From: Mytilus trossulus
Taxonomy: Eukaryota
Assembly: GCF_036588685.1 (NCBI RefSeq)
Contig: NC_086386.1
Location: 5,394,001 to 5,458,000, forward strand
Direction of reading: 5' to 3'
DNA: 64,000 bases
How positions within the stretch are numbered: the first letter of the stretch is position 1; each line of letters begins with the position of its first letter. The notes under the pieces were generated by a model, which worked only from the letters and a program-made list of their open reading frames with translations, did no database searches and was not told the origin of the DNA. Shown piece after piece: positions 53,201 to 64,000 of the stretch. The position numbers and the translations under genes were made by a program.

Positions 53201-54282
53201 AGGTGAATTAATTAAATAAATAATTAGTAAACTCAGGTGTTCCATCAATTTAATGAATTTTATTTTGCTCTTAGCAGTAAATACAGTCTATTAATAAAAA
53301 AAAATCCATTACACTGAGGAGACTGTGTATCACGTATCGCTATATATTGTTTGACAATGTGGCCATTGATTACTGCACCTGAACACATACAGACGTATTA
53401 TTATATAGGCAAGGTTTTTGTTAGTTTACCGAATAAGTACGAAGTCTGATATGCAAAATCGAATAATATCCGGGGTTCTTTTTATCATGTTTGGTGTAAC
53501 ACGTTTTTATGATGATATCATGTATATGTTTATTACAACTGTCAAACTAGTGGGAAACTTAGCTAGGTATTAATTTGTGTTAATTTTCGTTGGAAATATG
53601 GCAGTTATTTTGGGCTTGTTCCGTTGATTGAAAGCGTTTGATTTTGTCGATAATTGACTTCCCCAATTTGAATTTGATCTGGATTTATTTCCATATAGGA
53701 TAGTGAACACCATCTTCACATGAGTAGTTGGATTTAACACAATTATATTGTAAATAATCCTATTGTTTTATTTACTCGCATCATATGTCCATACCCTGAA
53801 AGCATAACAGTAGCAAATACTAATACTACCTACTCATTAACTATCGATTTTGACATATCATTATATATCATACTTTGTTTGTACGACTTCACCCATCAGA
53901 ATTAATGACTAGTGTCCATATGAACTATTAACTTCTATGCTATAAATAACTGGCAAAGCAAAGACGTGCACACACACTCATCAGAGATACCAGGCTTATA
54001 TTTTGTACACCAAAGTCGTAAATGATATTAAAATGTAATTGCTTTAGACATGTACAAGTCTTTGTAATGTTTTGAAATAGAGGCTTTAAGTATATGATGC
54101 ATTGTCTCTTGGTTTCTCTGTCTATTTCTTTTTAGATACAGCATGCGTTAAAAATAACAAGTAAGAATTGCCTCGATGTTTTATTTTCGTTTAGTGCAAC
54201 CTTTTCTTTGCAAAATACATTAAAAAAAAATTCGATTTTAATCCATAATCATAGCTAGACCAATGTTGTTCAATATTTACCG

Positions 54283-54574
54283 TTATTGTATAGCAATATA
54301 ATATTTTCCACAGAAAGTAACCAAAAGTTAGCGTGCAATAAATTCTATTATTGCACTAGTGCAATAATTCTTCACAATTCATGACGTCATCAACGACAAA
54401 ACGTTAGTTTATACCAATTTATACTTTCAAATATTATATTGCTATACAATAAAAGGGTTATTGCATGAATATTGGGGAATATTTTCCCTCGTAGAACATA
54501 TATTGCACTCGCAAGCTCATGAAATATAAAATTCTACTCGGGACAATATTCCCCAATATTCATGCAATAACCCT
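54283..54574 (+). mobile_element. Small non-autonomous element with terminal hairpin
   Basis: 24-bp perfect inverted repeat 54283-54306/54429-54452 followed by a hairpin with a 30-bp perfect stem base 54454-54483/54545-54574. Confidence 0.75.
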
Positions 54575-57009
54575 ATATTATTATAGTACATCAAAAAGAA
54601 CAAGCCAATGGGGATAACGTTCTGTTACATAATATTTAACCAACGCTTACTTCATCAAATGACAAAAAAACCAACCACAAGACTTTTCAGTATTATAAGC
54701 TCACATTAATTGTCTTTAAAACTAATATATGTCAGAGGAGACTCTTTCTTAACCGTGATTTATTAGATATTGTCTTCATATTAAGGAAAGCTTATTAGTT
54801 ACAGATGACAATAAACTCTTATAAGGCATTAAGTTTGACGTTCCATTATATCCTATGCTGTAGGATTCCAATAGGTCAGTGAAAGTTATCTAGTATAGAC
54901 ATCAAATAATGTAATCAGATATGACCAAACAAAACAGGATAATAGAAACAGTCATAATATGTTAAAATAAAGATTGTCATCATTTAGTTGTGCATGTATT
55001 AAGAATATAGTTATTAGTAAAGTAACAAAGTGCATATATCTTCACCCCAATGTTTTTATTTAAACATAAATTTCATCGATTTCTGCTGTGTATGAAATTT
55101 GACTATACTATATCTTTCGATTATAACCCCATTATAAAAACGAAAATGTCGTTAATTATTAATGGTTCTTTTTCAGAATTGTTCATGTTTTTCCTCAGCA
55201 GATTAAAGACCAAATATAGTTTACTTGACTATGATAAATATTACATACAATTATAAACAATTAGTATTTGTTGAGACAATTCTGACTGCCATAGTACTCA
55301 AGAAATGATTGGTTTATTTCATTCAAATTACAACTTTATTGAACCTGTTGTATTGGTGCTTTTCTAAATGTTATGTATCGTAAAACTAAAAGCGTTTTGC
55401 AAATTTAGATTTTATGTTATCTACTGTTGGGAGTTACTGCTAAGCGTCAGGAGAAATTGAAATATTTAGAAAGTAAAATTTATTCTTCTAAATTCCTTAC
55501 AAGGAGTAAAGAGAAGCAATACTACTAACAGTTCGAATTGTGTTTATTCTTAACATGCAACATGTCCATTTGTATTATTTGTCATGAATTGAGAAAAGGA
55601 AAATCCGTAATAAACTGCTTGATTGGACATAAATAATGTGAGCTGATATCATGGACTACTAAAACAACTACACTTCAACATGAAATTTACAATCAGGGCA
55701 TCATTGTCAGAACCAGTTAATCGTGCAAATACATCACTAAGACTTTGCTTTTATTTTTTTGCGTTATATTTTAAATCGTAAAAACCCAATTAAGGAAACC
55801 AAATTAGAAAGAATAAAAGTAAACAAAGGTGGAATTTTGTTCACTTATGACTAAGTCTCAAGTACTGATTAAAACAAATCAAAAGGAGATTTTTAGGAAG
55901 AATAAAAAAGAAGCTGACATTATCCTTCAATTTCACGTTCCGCTATTAGATAATGTCCTCTCACCCAATAATACAAAGTAAAAATTTTTAACACATAAAC
56001 ACGTAAACACAGATACAGTTAAATATATCTCAAATACTTAGGTTACCTACCTATAGACATTGACAATAAAGGTAGTTGGGAACACAGTTTTCCAATTGTG
56101 CACCTCCTATGTAATAACATTTCAGTAGTGACGGACCTTATCTGAGTTATTTAACGGTTCTAAGCTCCTTACAATGCTCATTATGATTTCCGTCATATAT
56201 ACTTGCTACTTACAATAAAACTATTAAACCAAATCTCAAGGAAGCTATTAAAGGCTTCTTATAGTGTAAAGGTTAATAATCATCAGATTTGTTGGCATAC
56301 ATACCAAAAGTTACAGTTGAAGTAATTCATTCGAAAATTACGAGTTCGTTGACCGTTATAGTATACGTTGTATTTGTTTTACAAATAACGAGAGCTATAT
56401 TCCAAATTTGTAACCACAAATTCCTCTTTGAATGTGACAGCACCGAATTAGACTTATTTGAGCAAAGGGCGGGTTTCATATGTGAAGCAGGACTTGCTTA
56501 TTTTCTAACATCACATAAAATATTCCCTTGCTTTAGTGGATCTGTGTTGCTATGTTTTGAGGTTTCTATGCTGTGTTTTGTATACTGTTATTTGTCCTCT
56601 AGTCGTTGTTCGTTTTTTTTGTATCATGGGGTTGTCAATTGTCATCGAATCATTAGGTTAGAACTTAAACCAATGTCATCATGATCAAACACGGTAAGAC
56701 AAAAACAACAACATAAAGTTAAAGACTGAGCAACACTTTACCCGCCAACAATTTTCACAAATTGAGATTTAAAAAAAACAAACTTATACAAATATTTAAA
56801 AGAAACAAAAACAAAAAACAAACCGCGCATATGTGGTTTTTTTGGGGTTTTTTTTGTAAGCAAGACAATCATTATACAAATTTGAGACATATTCTTTCAA
56901 AATGCAATGAGTAAAACAAGTTTAGTATTTTCTAAAATTGTGAATTTTATGATTATTTGTCCAATATATATACTTGAGTAAAAAACATTATTTGTATATC
57001 TTTATGTAC

Positions 57010-57512
57010 ATTGACATATAATTTTGCTGATTACTTTGTAACACATTTGGTGAATGTAGATAGTGTTCAAAATTATTTATGTAAACCAATACCAGTTATT
57101 TATAAGACATGTATTACCAAAATAAGACTTAGTAGTCATGATTTAGCTATAGAATGTGGTCGCTATTCTGCAATTCCAAGAAGTAATAGAATAATGTAGT
57201 TTTTGTAAAAACGACATTGAAGATGAGATGCATTTTATTTTAAAATGTCCTACTTATCAAGGTCTTAGATCTTATTTTATAAAACCATATTACTGGAGAA
57301 AACCTTCTATGTATAAATATATACAATTAATGAGTTCTAATAATCTTAAGGAATTATGTAATTTGGGTAAATTTATATTTCGTGCACAAAAATTAAGATC
57401 TAACATGTTGTAATATGTTTAACACATTACCTTCTGCTATCTATGTATACTTTTGTAGTTTATATGTTGTATGCCTATAGTTGTTATGACTTTGGTAAAT
57501 AAAGATATATAA
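57010..57512 (+). mobile_element. LINE 3' fragment with C-terminal CCHC-type motif
   Basis: KIRLSSHDLAIECGRY...CKNDIEDEMHFILKCPTY...LGKFI (ORFs 57011 and 57228); AATAAA near 57498. Confidence 0.85.
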
Positions 57513-58495
57513 TTCTTTTAAGCTCAGCTTTCCTATGCTCTACAAACAAAAAGTAAATGTGAACTAACTATACGAGTTATTAAATGTATGCAAAGTATTC
57601 AATTTTCTTCAAAGAACTTACTGTGTGAAAAAGGAGATTTTTTACCACAAGGAGCTACGTCTAGAAATGCTTTCACTTCGTATCCCAAAAATTAACTACA
57701 AGTGAAAATGTATCAGCTTCATGAGTAATCATGCATATTCAAGTTTAAGATATGGTCTGCGCTACAGAAAAAAACTTTACCATTACCGCCTTTCCAAAAT
57801 CAATTATGCGTATTGCCCCATATGTACTAATGACTGCCACAGTTAGGTACCTATCACTTGAAAGTTCACTGTTTTGAAAATAAACCTAATGTGATGTCGA
57901 TGATCAGACTCCACAATAAAGTTTATCGAAGACACTGTTAGTAACTTTTAAAGTGTCATAATATTTACGTTCTAAAATAAGCTGTATGTAGCTTATACTA
58001 CAGAGTCAGTTACTGAAATTGTAACACAACTCGTCTTTAGCTGTATAAGCAAAATTATATGTACTTATATATACAATTTTTATAATACATTTTCTGCAAA
58101 ATTAAAAAAAATGACCTTTCCTTTTTCAGCCAGAGGCTTATAATATAATTTCTAAGTAGCTGCATTGTAAACTATAGTTTACAGTAAACGAATATCACCA
58201 TTACATATATCTTGAAGCAGGGAAATTATATTATTAGATATTCTGTTCTTAGTCTGAACACAAACGAGTGTCATTTGGTTGTGATTTGACATCCGTTATT
58301 TGTAAGAACAGTTATATATATTATAGATTCTTTAGAAAATTGTTAGGAAAGGTTTTAACTGATTCAAACTATCTGTAATTTGTATATACAATATGGAAAT
58401 AAGATAATACATATAATAATACCTACATATAAAACAAACAATTCTATTGAATAACAAGTAAACACGTGACATGGAATAATTCGGTTAATTTTCAT

Positions 58496-59069
58496 TTAAC
58501 TGCAAGGGAGGACGAATAACCCTTAAAATTTACATCAGCGGTAAATAACCCTATTGTTCACCGGCGAAAAACCTTTTTTAGTGTCTAGATTTACACTCGA
58601 GTTACCTCCAAAGAAAATAATGTCACAGACGTAAATAAACAAGATGGAAGCATTCACGTTACTGACAGCCCATCGAGAGACGAGGAAATAAGGCTTTGTA
58701 AATGAGTGCCAGCAGCCGATGTTATCTCCTATAAACGGTCATTTTCAGGGCCATTGATATTTTACAAAAAGATTCTACCTTTGTTGTACATCTGAGAAAT
58801 TCTAGATAACAAACATGACATATGTATTTTCCTGAGCTTTTTTAAACGTCAGCTTGTGTTTGTTATGTAAAAAATATAGTGTTCAAAAGGCCCTTCCACT
58901 GTTAATTCGGTATAATAAAAATATGTGGCCCCTTAAAATCGATGAATATCCAAAATTGTCAACCCTTAAAAGTTATTTCACTTCGGGCTGCGCCCTCATT
59001 GAAATAACCTTCTCGTGTTGACAATTTTAGATATTCACCTTTTCAACGGGCCATAATTGTATATTATAA
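58496..59069 (+). mobile_element. Small non-autonomous element with terminal hairpin
   Basis: Hairpin 58911-59068 with GGGCtgcGCCC apex; TTAACTGCAAGGG start roughly inverted to CCCTTCCACTGTTAA (58891-58905). Confidence 0.6.
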
Positions 59070-59092
59070 CATTCAAAGTTTGTATAGCTTAA

Positions 59093-59239
59093 ATGTTGTT
59101 TATTCTTTAGTTTTCTATGTTGTGTCATGTGTACTATTGTTTTTCTGTTTGTCTTTTTCATTTTTAGCCATGGCGTTGTCAGTTTGTTTAAGATTTACGA
59201 GCTTGACTGTCCCTTTGGTGTCTTTCGTCCCTCTTTTAA
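59093..59239 (+). mobile_element. PLE 3' terminal fragment
   Basis: Near-identical to the reverse complement of 63293-63440. Confidence 0.85.
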
Positions 59240-61713
59240 ATGCTAATGCAATTTATGTTTATTTTTGCAACATTTGGATAAACTACTATAATACGGAAAA
59301 TTAATTCATTACTTCCATAATAATAGGCATTCGTGTTTATGCTATAGCAATACGAAAATAATGTATTAATATTAGACTAATACAAGTTACAATGTTGTTT
59401 GAAATATGAACAGCGTTTCCTTCATTACAAAGTTGATACTATTACGCTTTTGATGATATTCATATATAAATTTTATGTTTGCATTGCACTATATAGAATA
59501 TACCAAACAGTTAGAATATTTATCAGGTAAACATCAACTTTAAATCTGTTTGGGCGACTCATACATATATTTACAGAGAAATAATTTTACACTTCCGCGA
59601 TATGCAATTTCAGACTTATATTAATTTCATTGTTTTCCCAAATATAATTAAGGGTGAGTTTATCCAAATATATCAAAAATAAGTCATGTCGAAGGATAAA
59701 ATTAGTTGGTCAAGATAAAAAGAATATAAAAATAAACACCACTTATGGTACCAACATTTTCAATGTGTCTGAGCTTATATTTACCCATTTTATTAGAAGG
59801 GATTTTCTGTTTTGATTTTTTTCTCGGTGATCATTATAATTTTTGTTATATAACTTTTTAAATTTTTCTTCTGTGTGTTCGTTCTACTAACCCGAATTAA
59901 ACAAATGAATTATGCATATCCTCAAACAAATTCTGCATAGATTCATTAGGTTTTTGTATTTTATTACTGACATCAAAATTTCATCACATAATCAAAGACG
60001 CCATTCTTAGTTTTTTTCTAAGATTTAATAACAAAGTTGTATAAGTTATTGTGATAGAGTTTGTAAATTAGGTAACTAGTATCTGTAATATAACGTCTAC
60101 GAGACACTTGAGATCTGATGCTGCAGTATCACAGTGATTGACTTATCTATTCTAATAGGCATTACTGGGGAAATTTCATATGACTTTTAACTACCTTTCT
60201 CTATAAATATGCCAACATTCCATAAGGAAACATCACCGCCTCCGTTTCGATACGTTAATTTTCTTTTATAATTATTTGTCGGGTATTTGTGGTTAAAAGA
60301 ACTTCAATGAAAATGTCTGTTGAAATAAAGCAACTAATAAAGACATAATTGAACAAGACATTGTATTGTGTATGGTACGGATAAGCCAAAACATGTAGTT
60401 ACCCAAAACACAATATACAATCTAACAAATTGTGTTAACTACACTGGAAAGCGTTATTAGCAAAATGTGTACTCCGCATAAATCAAAATTAATATTGCGC
60501 ATACTATAAAAATGTATGATACTCAGATAGGTTGTATATTCTGTCTTGGATTACAACATTTTTTGGCTTCTCGGCTTTCCACAATTCTGGATATGTAAAG
60601 GGAATCGCGTTGTTTGGTTGCTCAGTCACTAGGTAATGCATTCCAAAATCTTTTGTCACCTTTACATTAATATTTAACAGTATAACAACGACAAAGTTCC
60701 ATTTACTCTTTCAGATATTTAGATATATATTATATTTAGTTTTAAATGTATTAAAAATAGATTAAGCGACTTTCTTTCATTAACCTTTACAAATATATAA
60801 CGCTTAGTCACGATACAATAATGAAAAAACTTGGGATAAAAAAGTATTCTAAATTTTAGTCCAAAAAATAAATTTCAGGAAGCAATGTCCTTCGCGTAAT
60901 ATTTATAAATATATTGACCCATTAAGGTTGTTTGATCGCTCCATATCAACAGTTTAAAGTTATAATGCATCATTTCTACAGTTTTGTCGTTCAGAGTGAA
61001 GACAACAACATATAATATCTTAATACAACAATGTATTTTGCCTTATTAGGTAATTCATTTTAAATATGGAACATTGTTTGACATTTGTAGGACGGTATAA
61101 TAATTCATTACACAATTCCAGATACTGAATGCTTTGGGAATAGCACAGCTTTTCCCTATCGAACATATATCATCCATTTACCAATTACGAATTTAACAAT
61201 TGAACATCTGACAGACTTATAGAAACAATGTACATGATGATTGCTTTAAAAGATTCATTACTATGTTGCAGTACATATTAAAGAAAGTTTCCGATATTTC
61301 AAAAAATATCCGTTGTAATGGACAATAAGTTAACGTTAATTTGGTTTCAACAATTTAGTTACAACGTATTTAGTTTTATTTTATCTTTCTACAAGTGTAT
61401 ATTTGTAAACTTTTATTTTAAATTCAACGAATGTTTAGAATTGTTCTGAAATAAATCACCAAGGGGATACTTATATTTACTAGCATATGTAGCTTGCAAT
61501 ACTCTATTCGTGAATCTGAAAAGATCTGCAGGCTGATATAATGATTATACAAAACAAAAAATGTAATGCATGTACGTAACATTATCATATACTTTTAAGC
61601 TACAGGCTAATTAAATACAAACTACTTCGTATCATTGCAGCTGCACAATAAGTTTATTTTTGTCATTTGAACGAATGTTCCGCAAATGATGGCAATTTTT
61701 TTAAGATCATGTG

Positions 61714-61999
61714 CAGGGGTTGAAGTCATAAAACTTGGCTCAGTGCTCGGAGCAACAAAAAAAACATGCTCGAAACATGAAATCTAGCATTTTGTTTGGT
61801 TGATTTTGATGTATGAGTACAAAAAAACTGGCTCGAAAGTTTTATGACCGCAAGGCCAGGCCTTGAAGAAATAAAAACTTTGCTCAGTACTCGGAGCACA
61901 AAAATCATGCTCGAAACATGAAATCCAGTAATTTGATTGGTTGATTTTCTAGTCTGAGTACAAAAATCATGCTCGAAAGTTTTATGACCGTGAGGCCAG
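61714..61999. mobile_element. Head-to-tail dimer of ~140-bp MITEs separated and flanked by CAG (PIF/Harbinger-like)
   Basis: cag[61717-61856]cag[61860-61996]cag; imperfect TIRs gtcataaaactt / aagttttatgac. Confidence 0.7.
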
Positions 62000-62915
62000 G
62001 ACTTGATATTCCAAAATATTAGGCAATGCCGTCATGTATAAGTGCAGCGACGTAGTTTGCTTTATTCGAGTCAATTTGTCAAGGAAATGCAAGTGACGTT
62101 TTACCTACAACGAAACAATAATCCCAACATTTTGTGCGCGTAAAAGTAGTTATACTAACTATTTCATTCAACCTCACATTCTCATCCACAACAAAACCTA
62201 CAGTTATGACATATTATCGATAAAAATAATGATGGCATTTTATTTGTCATATTGACTTCATCAGATCGATTATCAGCTCGCCCGAGCTTGCTCGCTTGCT
62301 ATGATTGCTGATACAAGCAGTATCAATAACAAAAATGCCATTATTCTTTTAGTATGTAGCAGAGTAAAGTGATGTAAAAATGCTCGCTAGAAACTAAAGG
62401 GCTCATGTGCTGTTGTCAATGTTAACGTCAACGTTGTAATAGACCAACAAGCAATAACCAGATTATCATTAGTCATCTCAACTCGATTGCTTTTCTAACA
62501 TTCGCCATAACTGCTCAAACAAGAGTATCAGTCCTGTTTCGATGACCAATAGTAATCTCAAATAATCATAAATTCCCTTATAATACTTGATTTAAACACG
62601 AGAAATTCATTCAGGTACATCGAATATATACTAGGCAAAACAAGAAACGTAACATTGGTTTTTAATTTGAAAATATCACATATATTAATTTCAAATATTT
62701 TTATGATTAAAACTAGTAACCAGAATGATTTATCTATCAAGTTTACTCATTTATAAAAAGAAATTATAGGAAATGATGTGACGTCATTTTCTGATTTCAA
62801 ACAAATTAACCTGTATAGCGTGGGAGTCGAGTTGTCTTTTTTGTCATTTAGTGTGTCGAACTCGATTGTTAATAAAAGGTTGCTTTAAAAAATTGAAAAT
62901 GTTACACGTAAAACA

Positions 62916-63292
62916 ATGCCCCGTCTACGCCAAAACAAACTATTGGGATGTTGGCAGCAGAAATGACTCGAGTGCAGGTTGCAAATCATTTTAATGTCTC
63001 TTGAAATTATTGCAAGGCTTAAGACTCGTCTTAGAGATACTGGCACAACAAATGATCGCCCCCCGTAGTGGCAGGCCACGTGAAACGACGTTACGTCAAG
63101 ACAGACACTTCCGCATTATTCATCTCCGGAATCGATTGTAAACGCGTCACAAACTACACGAAAAACCCACGGAAGACATAACAACAGAATATCTGCTCAA
63201 ACAGTTAGTAACTAATTGCGTCAAGTTGGTCTAAGAGCTCGTCGTCCATCAAAGGGACCTATCCACACGCAGCGTCACAGGATGGCGCAACG
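62916..63292 (+). mobile_element. Tc1-like transposase N-terminal remnant (pseudogene), interrupted by the PLE
   Basis: MPRL...IGML...VANHFNVS...DTGTTNDRP-RSGRPRETTLRQDR...ISAQTV...LRQVGLRARRP (paired HTH with GRPR), with frameshifts and stops. Confidence 0.85.
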
Positions 63293-64000
63293 TTAAAAGA
63301 GGGACGAAAGATACCAAAGGGACAGTCAAACTCGTAAATCTAAAACAAACTGACAACGTCATGGCTAAAAATGAAAAAGACAAACAGAAAAACAATAGTA
63401 CACATGACACAACATAGAAAACTAAAGAATAAACAACACGAACCCCACCAAAAACTAGGGGTGATCTCAAGTGCTCCGGAAGGGTAAGCAGATTCTGCTC
63501 CTCATGCGGCACCCGTCGTGTTGCTTATGTGGTTACAAATCCGGTAAATAGTCTAATTCGGTAGGTCAAATTCATGACAGGGAAGGGGATTGTAGTTACG
63601 ACGTAAAGAACATATCCGATATCATTTGTGAAACGGTTATTCCATAACGGTCAACCAACTCGTGATGGCGTCCGTAAAATTTACGAAGGGATGATTTCAA
63701 CTTACCATTTGGAACTCTTGGTTTAATAGCTTCCTTGTGAGGAGTAACCCTCTATCAAGAACATCATGATAGGAAATGCAAGCACGGTAATATCGGATCA
63801 ATTGGGAGATATATACCCCGTATGCAGGTGCTGCTGGAATGTTGCTACTTAGAAATGGAAAGTTCACAATTGGAAAGCGGAAATCATCTCTTTTGTCGTA
63901 AAGTTTTGTCTTCAACCGACCCTCATTGTCAATTTCTAGATGTAAGTCAAGATATGAAGCCGACTTAACTGTATCTGTATTATCCTTTATATCCAATTCG
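63293..64000 (-). mobile_element. Penelope-like retroelement 3' part (RT C-terminus plus ~300-bp 3' UTR), continues beyond the window
   Basis: SYLDL...LYDKRDDFRFPIVNFPFLSSNIPAAPAYGVYISQLIRY; after a 1-bp frameshift near 63702 continues KLKSSLRKFYGRHHELVDRY...* (stop 63596-63598). Confidence 0.88.

Noticed and set aside
2864-62740. Remaining short ORFs in the track
   Set aside because: 60-135 aa, low-complexity F/I/L/K/Y composition expected from AT-rich non-coding DNA, often non-ATG starts, no recognisable domains.
59080-63512. Similar hydrophobic ORFs 59080..59304 and 63249..63512
   Set aside because: Both translate the same T-rich PLE 3' UTR.
63293-63595. SECIS element in the PLE 3' UTR
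   Set aside because: An ATGA...AA...GA pattern exists but the required helix does not pair.

Overview
AT-rich eukaryotic (animal) genomic DNA with spliceosomal introns. The repeat families look like those of a mytilid mussel (Mytilus-like bivalve); this is an inference from recall, not a database search. Two protein-coding genes are supported, both on the minus strand: (1) a 10-exon, 320-aa secreted carbonic anhydrase-related protein (CA10/CARP X-like, predicted acatalytic), 45061->31031, assembled by hand with GT-AG boundaries and consistent phases; (2) a class A GPCR with an intronless CDS (405 aa, 25598->24381). The rest is mostly transposon-derived: Penelope-like element (PLE) 3' fragments, several carrying minimal type I hammerhead ribozymes, LINE 3' ends, a Tc1 remnant and MITEs. 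The most notable observations are a 1974-bp non-autonomous element with CACCGTG (RSS-heptamer-like) ends and a 5-bp TSD (Transib/RAG-type signature), an 8-fold tandem array of the exon-4 splice donor in the CA10-like gene, and a set of sequence-unrelated small elements sharing a 'long hairpin + internal complement of both ends' architecture.
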